Virus record (IMG/VR): IMGVR_UViG_3300009151_000001
Span: 32,001-96,000 of that record
Source of the DNA: a virus
Taxonomy: Duplodnaviria > Caudoviricetes
DNA: 64,000 bases
Reading direction: 5' to 3' (one strand)
Shown here: positions 1 to 10,300 of the stretch, piece by piece
Position numbering within the stretch: position 1 is the first letter of the stretch
Layout of the letters: each line of letters starts with the position of its first letter
Program-made: the position numbers and the translations under genes
Notes under the pieces: generated by a model
Databases searched by the model: none
What the model was told of the DNA's origin: nothing
The model's input: the letters and a program-made list of their open reading frames with translations, nothing else

Positions 1-2
1 AT

Positions 3-1202
3 GTACATGATTGGCAAAATTGGATATCTGATCCTACAAAACATAATGAACAATTCAATACTAAGTTTAGTAATTATCTTCATACAGTTCCTCAGACAAA
101 TCTTGGTCATAAGTTATTTCCTGGTGTAACTAATCCTACAGATGAGCAATTACGTAAAGGTTTTAGAGATGATAAATATGATTTTAGAGCACCTAGTTTT
201 ATAGCTCCCGGAGAAATAGTACCATCAACTCTTCCAAATCTTGATCAAGGAGAAAGAACAATACCCTTTACACCACTAAAAGATATACCTTGTGTTGGAC
301 CAGGATGTAATCCATCAAAAGATATACCACATCATGATAAACCTGTTGAAAAACAAAAAAATAGTTATGACACAAATCGTGGTCCTTGGTGGTTACAAGA
401 TAAGATAAACTTAACTAATGCTACAGCTAACTGGGCTGGTAATAAAAAGTATCTTCCTTATATACCTGATGTATCATTACAACACGCAGCTCCTACATTT
501 GAAGATTGGAGAGGACAAGCGGGAGCTTTACAATCTGGTTATCAAAATAATGCTAGAGTAAGTGGAATATATGGACCATCTAGCGCTTTAAACTCTAATC
601 TAAGTTCTTTAGCTGGTCAACAAGCTGAACAATTAGCGGGAGTAATAGGTGGTGTTGGTGCTAAGAATACAGCTACAGCTAATCAGTTTGCTGAATATAA
701 CACTGGTCTTACTAATTCAGAAGCTGCTCAAAGAGCTCAGAATAGAGCTAAACTTTGGGAAGGTAATGTTATCGCTAATCAACAATATGACAATGCTAAT
801 AGAGAAGGTAGAACTAACTTTGTTAATGCACTTAACCAAGGATTTACTAATGCAGCTAACACTTATAATGAAAACAGTGTTAATCCTCATTTTGGTGTAG
901 ATCCTAGTAGTGGTGGTAATATGTATTTTAAAGGAAACAGTGGTAATATCTTTAATCAAAAATATAATAATCAAGGTGGAAATCAAGATTATTTAACAGA
1001 CTATCATAATGAATATCAAAAAGCTTTAAAAATGTTTAATGATTCACCAAATGATAAAGGTCAAAGAGATCAATTAATTAATCAACATTTAAATAACTGG
1101 TCTAAGATGAATACTGAAAAAGAAAGAGCTACAACAAATGCTTACGGATTACCTAAAGGATATGCTAGATCTAAAAGTGTATATACAGGTAATAATGATT
1201 AA
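3..1202 (+). CDS. 5'-truncated virion-associated protein; the frame is open from the window edge, and the tracked ORF 921..1202 is only its C-terminal part
   Basis: Frame 3 reads VHDWQNWISDP...PWWLQDKINLTNA...KKYLPY and is in frame with 921..1202; lies upstream of the giant virion genes. Confidence 0.75.
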   Translation, partial: VHDWQNWISDPTKHNEQFNTKFSNYLHTVPQTNLGHKLFPGVTNPTDEQLRKGFRDDKYDFRAPSFIAPGEIVPSTLPNLDQGERTIPFTPLKDIPCVGPGCNPSKDIPHHDKPVEKQKNSYDTNRGPWWLQDKINLTNATANWAGNKKYLPYIPDVSLQHAAPTFEDWRGQAGALQSGYQNNARVSGIYGPSSALNSNLSSLAGQQAEQLAGVIGGVGAKNTATANQFAEYNTGLTNSEAAQRAQNRAKLWEGNVIANQQYDNANREGRTNFVNALNQGFTNAANTYNENSVNPHFGVDPSSGGNMYFKGNSGNIFNQKYNNQGGNQDYLTDYHNEYQKALKMFNDSPNDKGQRDQLINQHLNNWSKMNTEKERATTNAYGLPKGYARSKSVYTGNND

Positions 1203-1254
1203 ACCTTCCAAGTTTAGTTTTAAACTTTAAAAATTTTTTCTTAATATATAGTAT

Positions 1255-4200
1255 ATGGCAACTTTTTTGAGTGGTATGACCGATGTTAACTCGGCTCCCC
1301 AATTATTTACTCCCGATTATAATTTCTTAAGATATACACTAGGTAAACGTGAACAAAACTATGAACAAGGTTTGAGTCAAGTATCTAGTGCTTATAACTT
1401 TTTAAATAGTGAATTATCTAGTCCTATTAATACAGAACGTAGAAATCAATATTTAAAAAACGCTCAACAACAATTACAAAGTATATCATCATCTGATTTA
1501 TCACAACAACAAAATGTTGCTGCGGCTAATGATGTATTTGCTCCAATGGTTAATGATAAAGCTTTTTTGTTTGACGTCACAGCTACAGCTAATAATAAAA
1601 AACAATTAGCTCAAATGGAAGAATGGAGAGATTCTCCTGATATTGAACAACGTAAAAAATTTAATCAAGATATTTATAATTATGTTAAGTCAGATTTAGA
1701 TAGTCTTAAAAATGACAAAACAGGTGATATATCTAAATATAGATATCAAGGTAAAAAAGCTTATGCTTATACGGATCCTTTAGAAATTTTAGAAAAAGCT
1801 GCAAAAGATCAAGGATTTAAAATAGTAACAGATGTTGATGGCGGTCAGTATATCTATAAGATTACAGATGGTCCTGATCATAAACAAAACTATGAAGAGT
1901 TTGCTAGAAATGTCTTAAGTGGTAATATGGCTTTTCAACAACAAACTGGTATATTAGCTCAAGCTTATGATGAAAGTCTTATTAAAAAAGCTAGACTTAT
2001 TCCGGAAAATATTAATAAAACTGATGATCAGATTCGTAAAGATTATGCTGTAAACAGATTTGATCAGTTAAGAAAAAATAATTTAGATTATTTGAATAAT
2101 CTAAAAAAACCTATGGATACATTAGGTACAGATATAAATACATTTCTTACAGCTAACGAAGAAAAAATAGAAAAACAACTTCCGGGTTGGGAAGATTTAT
2201 ATAAAGAGTTAAATCTAAAACAACAAAAATATGCGTTATTAAAAAAAGAATATGATTTAAACAATTCTTCGTTTACTACCAAGTTTGGAGAACTAGACGC
2301 ATCTGGAGAAGCTGTAGCTAAAAAGAAAGATGACTATGGTAATAACTTTATGAAGAATGCTGTATCTGAATTCTTTAATCAATATTATAATGATGCTGTC
2401 ACTAGATTTTCTAATGTTAGATCTGCTAGTGGATCTAAAGAAATAAAAGAAAACAAAGCTTACTTTGACGCTTATAGAGTGATGAATCAATCACAAAATA
2501 TACTTGATAATTTTATAACTAAAGAACAAGGACTAGCTATTAAACAAGAAGATGAGGCTAGAAAAGAAGAATTACTAAAACTTAAAGAAGCTGAAACATA
2601 TGCTAAGATAAATAAGTTAACTGGAGCTACTGGTACTAAAGGTTCTAATGGTGAGTCAAAAAATGAAAGATTATACTTAGGAACTAGTGCTACACAAATT
2701 GATAAGTTTGACGCATATGAAACTTTAAAAAATAAAGCTCAGTTAGCAGCTAGTAAAAGTTTATCTTTGTTAACAGAACAAGATGGTGGTGTAGTGAATG
2801 TATTATCAAACTGGGGAGTTAATCCTAAATACATTCCTCAGATAAGAGAAGTATTTAAAAAAGCTTATAGTAATGGTCCTGACAAAGATCCTAACGTTAA
2901 ATGGACAACTGCTGATAAAGATGCTATGAACGGAGTATTTTCTGGTATATTAAGTTGGGCTAAAGCTAATGGTAAACAAGCTCTTATAGATGAAATGAGT
3001 AATGAGTATAAAGAGAAAGGCGGTCCTGAAACTTTTGATTTCCATAAAATAATGGATATAGGTATGGCCTCTATAAAATACGGTAATAATGATGAAGTAA
3101 ACAGAAAGTATATTCAACAATGGGAAGATTATAAAAGTTATGCTAGTGAGTTAAAAGCTAATAAAGCTCCTTTTGAAGCTGCAGAAAAAGCTTTAGTTTC
3201 TTCTATAAAAAATAGTAGTAATAATAGTTATAAACAATTATTAAATGATGATAAAACAGGGTTAATAGATGAGTCTACAGTAAAGAGTTGGTTAATAAAA
3301 AATAAAAAATTAATAGAGACTTTTACTGGAAATAATACAAAATTAACTGATGAAGATGTTGAAGATATAGCTAAACGTTACATGACAAATAGTTTAAATT
3401 ATAAAACTGAATCATATGGACATAGTGAAGGATTATTTGCTACTGGAACACATACAAGATATAACATTAATGTAAATAATAAAACTTTAAAAATTCCTGA
3501 AGACATTATAAAAATTCTTCCTAAAGAATATGCTAATTTAAGAAAACAAGCTCAAGATCATGTAGATCTACCAGGAGAAACAATACAATATCTAAAGAAT
3601 AATGCTGCACAAGCTTCACCAGCTTTTTATCCTGGTAAAGCTAATGAACAAGATTATTTAAAGATGTTATCTATTCCTACATTAACTAACTCAATTGTAT
3701 ATCGTGACGGTGTACAAATGGAACCAAAAGAAATAGAAAAAGTAAAGAATGCTTTATTAGATCCAAAAAGAGTTGTTAAAGGTAGTATGGTTATATATCC
3801 TTATAGTCCACAAACTAAAGGAATGGCTGTACAAGTACAGTTAGCTCCGGGTAATCCAAAAGATTTTGATGCTGCAGCTAAAGGTACATTCTTACTTCCT
3901 ATAAGTATAGATAAAACAACACCAGAAAGATTAAAAGTATTTGATATAAGTAATGAAATAAACAGATATCATAATATAGCTAGTAATTCAAATGATGATT
4001 ATCAAACAATACTAAATTATGAAGGACTTGGTATTAAAATACAGATTCAACCTGATGGTAAAGGTAGTCAAAGAGGAAATATAAAATTATTAGTACAAGA
4101 ATACGATCCTATAAAAGGTGTATATAAACAAGAATTTACTCCAGTAGATCTTGAATCAAAAAGTGCTAATAGATATGATATGGAATCAACAACATATGAT

Positions 4201-4338
4201 GATTTTGAAAAAGGTTTAAAATCTCTTGCTCAACAATACATAAGTGACAGATCTCAAAGAGAAGCTACTATTCGTAAAGTAGCCGAAACAAAAAAAACAC
4301 CTATTACTTTTCCAGATTATTTATTTAAAAGAAGATAA
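1255..4338 (+). CDS. Large virion cargo/ejection protein (1027 aa), function unknown
   Basis: Long ORF in the same + strand block as the virion RNAP; helical, Q/K/N-rich. Confidence 0.7.
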   Translation: MATFLSGMTDVNSAPQLFTPDYNFLRYTLGKREQNYEQGLSQVSSAYNFLNSELSSPINTERRNQYLKNAQQQLQSISSSDLSQQQNVAAANDVFAPMVNDKAFLFDVTATANNKKQLAQMEEWRDSPDIEQRKKFNQDIYNYVKSDLDSLKNDKTGDISKYRYQGKKAYAYTDPLEILEKAAKDQGFKIVTDVDGGQYIYKITDGPDHKQNYEEFARNVLSGNMAFQQQTGILAQAYDESLIKKARLIPENINKTDDQIRKDYAVNRFDQLRKNNLDYLNNLKKPMDTLGTDINTFLTANEEKIEKQLPGWEDLYKELNLKQQKYALLKKEYDLNNSSFTTKFGELDASGEAVAKKKDDYGNNFMKNAVSEFFNQYYNDAVTRFSNVRSASGSKEIKENKAYFDAYRVMNQSQNILDNFITKEQGLAIKQEDEARKEELLKLKEAETYAKINKLTGATGTKGSNGESKNERLYLGTSATQIDKFDAYETLKNKAQLAASKSLSLLTEQDGGVVNVLSNWGVNPKYIPQIREVFKKAYSNGPDKDPNVKWTTADKDAMNGVFSGILSWAKANGKQALIDEMSNEYKEKGGPETFDFHKIMDIGMASIKYGNNDEVNRKYIQQWEDYKSYASELKANKAPFEAAEKALVSSIKNSSNNSYKQLLNDDKTGLIDESTVKSWLIKNKKLIETFTGNNTKLTDEDVEDIAKRYMTNSLNYKTESYGHSEGLFATGTHTRYNINVNNKTLKIPEDIIKILPKEYANLRKQAQDHVDLPGETIQYLKNNAAQASPAFYPGKANEQDYLKMLSIPTLTNSIVYRDGVQMEPKEIEKVKNALLDPKRVVKGSMVIYPYSPQTKGMAVQVQLAPGNPKDFDAAAKGTFLLPISIDKTTPERLKVFDISNEINRYHNIASNSNDDYQTILNYEGLGIKIQIQPDGKGSQRGNIKLLVQEYDPIKGVYKQEFTPVDLESKSANRYDMESTTYDDFEKGLKSLAQQYISDRSQREATIRKVAETKKTPITFPDYLFKRR

Positions 4339-4346
4339 TTTTCATT

Positions 4347-7300
4347 ATGCCAGATACATTAAACATACTTCCAACCCCGGATACATCAGCTGCTGATTTA
4401 CAATTATCAGAACAGAGATATAATGATATGGAAAATAGAAACATAGAAAGTCAAAGAAATGATATATCTTCTATGTTTCATACTGATACACCAGTTAGTT
4501 TGGTAAATGGTCAAACTATAAATGATCTTATTAATCAAATAGATGCTATACAAGCTAAAACTAAAAATTTAGCTAATAATATAAATATAAATCTTAATAC
4601 ACCTAAACAACAACCGGTTTTTGATATATCTAAAGCTGCTTCTCAAATATTAGGATCTTTAAATAATAATCCAGAAACAACGTTTAATAAACAAAAACAA
4701 CTGGTAAGTCTTGGATCAGGAGAAGATCTTGATAGATATAAACAAAGTGATTATTATAATGTCTTTGGTTATAATCCATATATAGGAAAAGAACAAGAAT
4801 TTAGATATGGTGAAGCTATGACTATAGGTGATGTTCTTAAAAAAGCCGGTGGTGGTGCTATGAACTTAGCTTTACAAACTGGTTGGGAAGGTGTAAAAGG
4901 AACTGGAAGAATACTAGATTCTTTAATATCATTAGATCTATCTAAACTACATGGTAGTCCTGAAGAGTTATATCAGATGGCTGAAGATCAACAAAAAATC
5001 TTTGATAAATACGCTATATATGATACAGCTGAATCAGCTCAAGGTGGTCTGTTTAATAGACAGTTCTTTGGTAACATGTTACAACAAGCGGGATTTGCTA
5101 TAGGAGCTGGAGCAGAGATGTGGTTAGAAGGTGTTATAACAGGTGGTATAGCTGATTTCTTTTTAGCTCCTGAATATGGACTTTTAGCTTCTAAAATGGT
5201 AGGTAGACTTGGTGAAACTGATGAAGCTATTCGCGTTGCAGCTGGTCTTACTGAAAGAACGAGTACAATAGATAAAGCTAATAAAACATTTAACAAGATA
5301 GGTAAAATGTTTACTGCTGATGAAGCTATCAATGATATGCGTAAGATGAGTCAGCAAGTAACAGAAGCTAGTGGTATAAGTAAAAAAATAGGAGAGTTTG
5401 GAAAAAGCTTAGTTCCTTTATATGGTACTGCTGAAAACTTAATAAAACTTAATAAAGCTGGAGCTGGTGGATTACAGTTAGCTGTAGAAGGTATAGGTGG
5501 TATACATAGAGCTTTGAGTGAGATTAATATGGCTCGTTCAGAATCTATATTTGAATCCGCTTCTACATATAAACAACTACATGATAAATTAGTAAAAGAT
5601 TATATAGATGCTAATGGACAAGCTCCACAAGGAGCTGAACTAGAAAGAATAAAAAAACTTTCTGAAAACGCTTCTTCAGATAACTTCTGGGTTAATATGG
5701 GAGTGTTATCTGTTATGAATAGAATGCAGTTTAGTAATATGTTTAAAACATTTGACGGATCTCGTTCTATATTTAGTGAAGGTGTTCATTCTTTAGAAGA
5801 TCAAGCTTTTGAGGTAACTGGCAAGATAGCTGGTAAAACTGAAAAAAGAGCTTTTGTTAAAAGTCCTTATTTTGGTAAACTAGCTGCTATAGGTGAAATA
5901 GCTCAAGAGTTTGGTGGTAAAACAGCGGCTTGGGAAGCTACTAAAACTGTTGGTGGTAGAATGTTTAAGATGGAAGGGTTAGAAGGTTTACAAGAAATGA
6001 TACAAAACGCTTCTGACAAAGGTCTTGAAGATTATTATTACGATCTTTATCATTCACAGAAAGGATATGGTACAACATATCTTGGTAATGTAATGAGTAA
6101 GTATGATAAAATACAAAATGGTTTTGTTGATCAAATACCTTTTATTGGTAAAGATGGAGTAGAAGGTCTTAAAACTTTTGTAATGGGTGCTTATACAGGA
6201 GCGCTTCTTTCTCCTATGTATAAAATTATTGGTATTACAAATCAAAGATTTCAAGATAGAAAACAACTTAAAAATGATCCTACATATAAAACAGCTCAAC
6301 AAAGAGCTAAAGAAAGTGTAGATCTTGTTAATGCTTTTTACACAGGTGATAAAACAGCTTTTAAAAAAGAATGGATTGCTAGTGTAAAAGTACAAAATAA
6401 AGCTGCAGAAACAATGGAAGAAGCAGCTAAGAACCACGATAAATATGTTTTCTATAACGCTAAAGATTCAGCTTTTAATAAGATGGTTGAAGCGTCAATC
6501 AAACTTAATATGTTTGATTCTGTAAGAGATCATATAAAAGAAATGGGGGCAGCTCTAAAAGATGATGAAGAGTTTAAACAAGCTTATGGTATGGAAGCTA
6601 CCAAACAAAACCGTGGAAACGTAAAAGCTTTCATGGATAAAGTAGCTAATGATCTAGAAGACTATCATTCTTTACGTACTCAACTTATAGATAAATATGC
6701 TGACTTAGTAATGCCAGAGTTATATAGAAACAATGGTAAAGAAGTATATGAAAATATGAAAATAGCTCAAAGCGCTGTCTTTGATGCTATAGATATATTA
6801 ACTTTTAATATTCAAAAATCTAGACAATCTGTTTTAAGAGCTGAAAGTATTAGAAAAGATTTAGCTTCTATAAAAAGTATAGGAGCCTCAAGTAATAATA
6901 TATTGATTAAAGCTGGTAATCCAACCTCAATAAAAGATTCTATTAATATATTACAAGATGAGATAAAAGGAATGACTATTCCAAATACTACATTATCTGG
7001 AGAACAAAGAACACTACTATCTAAAAAACAAGAAGAACTAAATCTTCTTAGAAAGTGGGAGAACGTACACTATGATGTGATGACTGGTGAGTATGATAGT
7101 TATACTCCTGATATCTTAAAAAAAGAAGCATATGGTGTATTTAAAGATCTTACTAATTTTTACAACAAACAGAATAAAAATCTGTCTACTATATCTACAC
7201 AAGATTCTGAAAATGCTTTTATTGGTGTATTAGATCACATGAAACTTAATAGAGATGAGAAATCTTATATTGATGCTGTAAACCTTTTAGCTGATCCTAG

Positions 7301-10300
7301 AAACGAAAATTTAATAATATACGCTAAAGCTGCTGCAGCAGCTATATCTGTTGTTAATGACAGAATACATCAAGAACATTTAACAGCGGTTAATAATACA
7401 ATAAACGCTGGTGAAGAAACTGAAACAGAAGAAGATGTTAAAACTATAGGTGATTACACTATAAAACAAAATCAAGATAAATCATTTAGTGTATTTGATT
7501 CTGAAGAAAAAGAAATAGCTAAAGACTTAGCTACACATGATGACGCGGAAGAACTTATTAATAGTATTGTTAAAGAAGCTAATAAACAACCACCAGAACA
7601 AAAACAAACTTCTACACAAGAGAAAACATTAGAAGAACAAAAAGCTGATATAAAAAGAAGACAACAAGAAGAATTAAATCAAACTCAAAAATTTACTATA
7701 AATAGGGCTAATAAAGATTTAGAATTAGCCCCTGAAATAGAACTTTCTGAGATTGATTTAGAAAAATCAGGTTTGGGGGATCTTCAAAAAGCAGAAGTAA
7801 AAAGAGTAAGAGTTTTAGAATACAGAGGTATAAATTCAGAAGGTAAAAGAGTTGGAACAGTTATAATACAAACTAATGATTCTATAGAAACTTTTGAAGT
7901 ATTTTTTAATGATGTTAAAATTAATTCTAAATATGAAGCTATATTAGCTAAATTAGAAAAACAAGAAAAACCTAAAAAACCAGAAGAACCAAAGGGTATT
8001 ATATATCTAGATCCAGAAAGTAATGAGTTTAAACAAGAATATAATAACGCTTTAGATAAACTAGCTAGTGTTGTAAATCAACCTAATGCTACACCATCTG
8101 CTATAAAAGCTGCGTTTGATGATTTGTTTAATAACACTCTTATTAATCTTGATCCTTCTTTAGCTGCTAGAGCAGCATATAAAGAAAAACTTAAAGAAGA
8201 GATGGATACTTTAATATCTGAAGCTAATCGTAAGATTAAAGCTAATAATGTAACCGGAGCCAAACAATCTATCTCAAACTCATTTAAAAACGAAGAGTCT
8301 TCTACATTAAATGATATAGCTAATGATTCAGAAAATATATTAGACGAACTTAATCCTGAACATAAAGAAGAAGTTATACAACACTTTGAAACAAACTTTT
8401 TACAAAGTATTGGTAAAAGAATATCTAATCTTTTATCTAAAGCTAGTGAACTAGCTGGTGGTGAGTTATTATCATTCTTTAAAAAAAGCGCTAATGAAGC
8501 AAAAGAAAGAGTAACTAAAAATCTTGATAAATATAAAGAAGAATCAAATAAGATCAAAGAATCTATTAATAAAAGTGGTATAAGAATTAGTAAGATTAAT
8601 ATTAATGAATTTTTTGATAATCCTGTTAATATGAGTATACAGGATGATGAAAAAAACAGAGATAAATCAGCAACACCTGGACAATTAATAGCTATTGACA
8701 ACTTAATAAATTCTGGTATATTAGAATCTAATGAAACAAACAAATCTCTTCAAGGAGCTAGTTATTATATTAACCAAGGTGTAGGAAGAATATACACAAT
8801 AGAAATTAATAAACTTGTAAATAGTTATTTTAAATTAAAAAATAGTAAAACAAGTAATACTACAGAAGTAAATAATGCGTTAACTAGTTTAAAAGCGTCT
8901 GTTAAATCATATCTTGAAAGTTTTTCTACTGATCCTAAAGAAGATGTTCAAGCTGCTTTTGACGCTATTGAAAAAGCTAATGATCCTGATGAATTATTAG
9001 GTATATACGATAATGAGGGAAACTCTAAACCATTACAAGTAGAAAAATCTAATCAAAAAGATTTATCAGATGAAGAGTATAAATTATTAAAAGAGTTTAG
9101 AACTTCTTTATATAATATGCAGTTTCAAGGTAACTTGATGAATGTTCATAATAATATAGAACAAGCTGAACAAAACGCTTTATCTAATAGTGAAAGATTA
9201 AGACCAGAAGACTTAGTAACATCTGATCTTATAAATTCTATTCCAAATTCTTTATTTAAAGACTCTAATACCAAAAATAGTTTAAAAAATTCTATCATTT
9301 CTTTATTAGATTCTATAAAAGATCTTAATGATAAAAAAGAAATCAGTTCATTAATAAATAAACTATCAATAAAAGAGTTTAAATCTGGAGTAAAAATAGA
9401 AGGTGAAGGTATAATTAAAAGTATATACGCAACTTATTTAAATACTCAAACAAGTATAAATGAGGAAGAACAAGTTGGTCCAGTGTTATCTAAAGAGGAA
9501 ATGTTAACAGCTTTAGAAAATAGTAAAACAACAATTCTTAATAAAGCTCAAATAAATCAAGTAGATGAGTTTGCTAAAACAGAACTATTAAACGCTTATA
9601 AAGCTAAACTTAACGCTGCTATTGGATATTCTACTAAAGATTCTACATATACTCCTGAAAAACTAGGTTTAAATGAAGAACCAGGTGAAACATTTTCAAC
9701 GTTAAGACAAAAGTTTGCTGGTGATATAAGAACAGCTGAGGATCTTAAAAAAGATCTTAATGCTCAGGGTGATCAAGTATCTACTAAGAATGCTTTAAAC
9801 TTTATTGTAAATAGTGATTTTGCTACAGATGCTGAGAAAGAATTAGCTAGAAGTCTAATGAACGCTATCTCTGAAGATAGCTTTATAACATTAGCTAATA
9901 ATTCTGATTTTAAAACACCCACAGCTGGTGATTTTGATCCTAACACTAATAGAATCAGAATCAATATGAACGCTGTAGAACATAAAGATGGATACACTTC
10001 TTCTCCTATAGAGACAGTTATATTACATGAGCTTATACATCAGTTAACTGAAACAGCTTTATCTGACCCTAATAGTGAATTTTATAAAGGAATATCATCT
10101 TTGATGGCTGTTGTTAAAAAACAAAAAGGAGCTGATACATTTTACGCGTTCCAATCTAAACTATCTAATGATGAACAACGTCATGAGTTTGTAGCGGAAG
10201 CTTTAACTAACCCTGCGTTTCAACATTTATTAGCTAGTACACAATATGCTAACAGTAAAACTAGTGTATGGGATAAACTATTGGATATTATTAATAGGGT

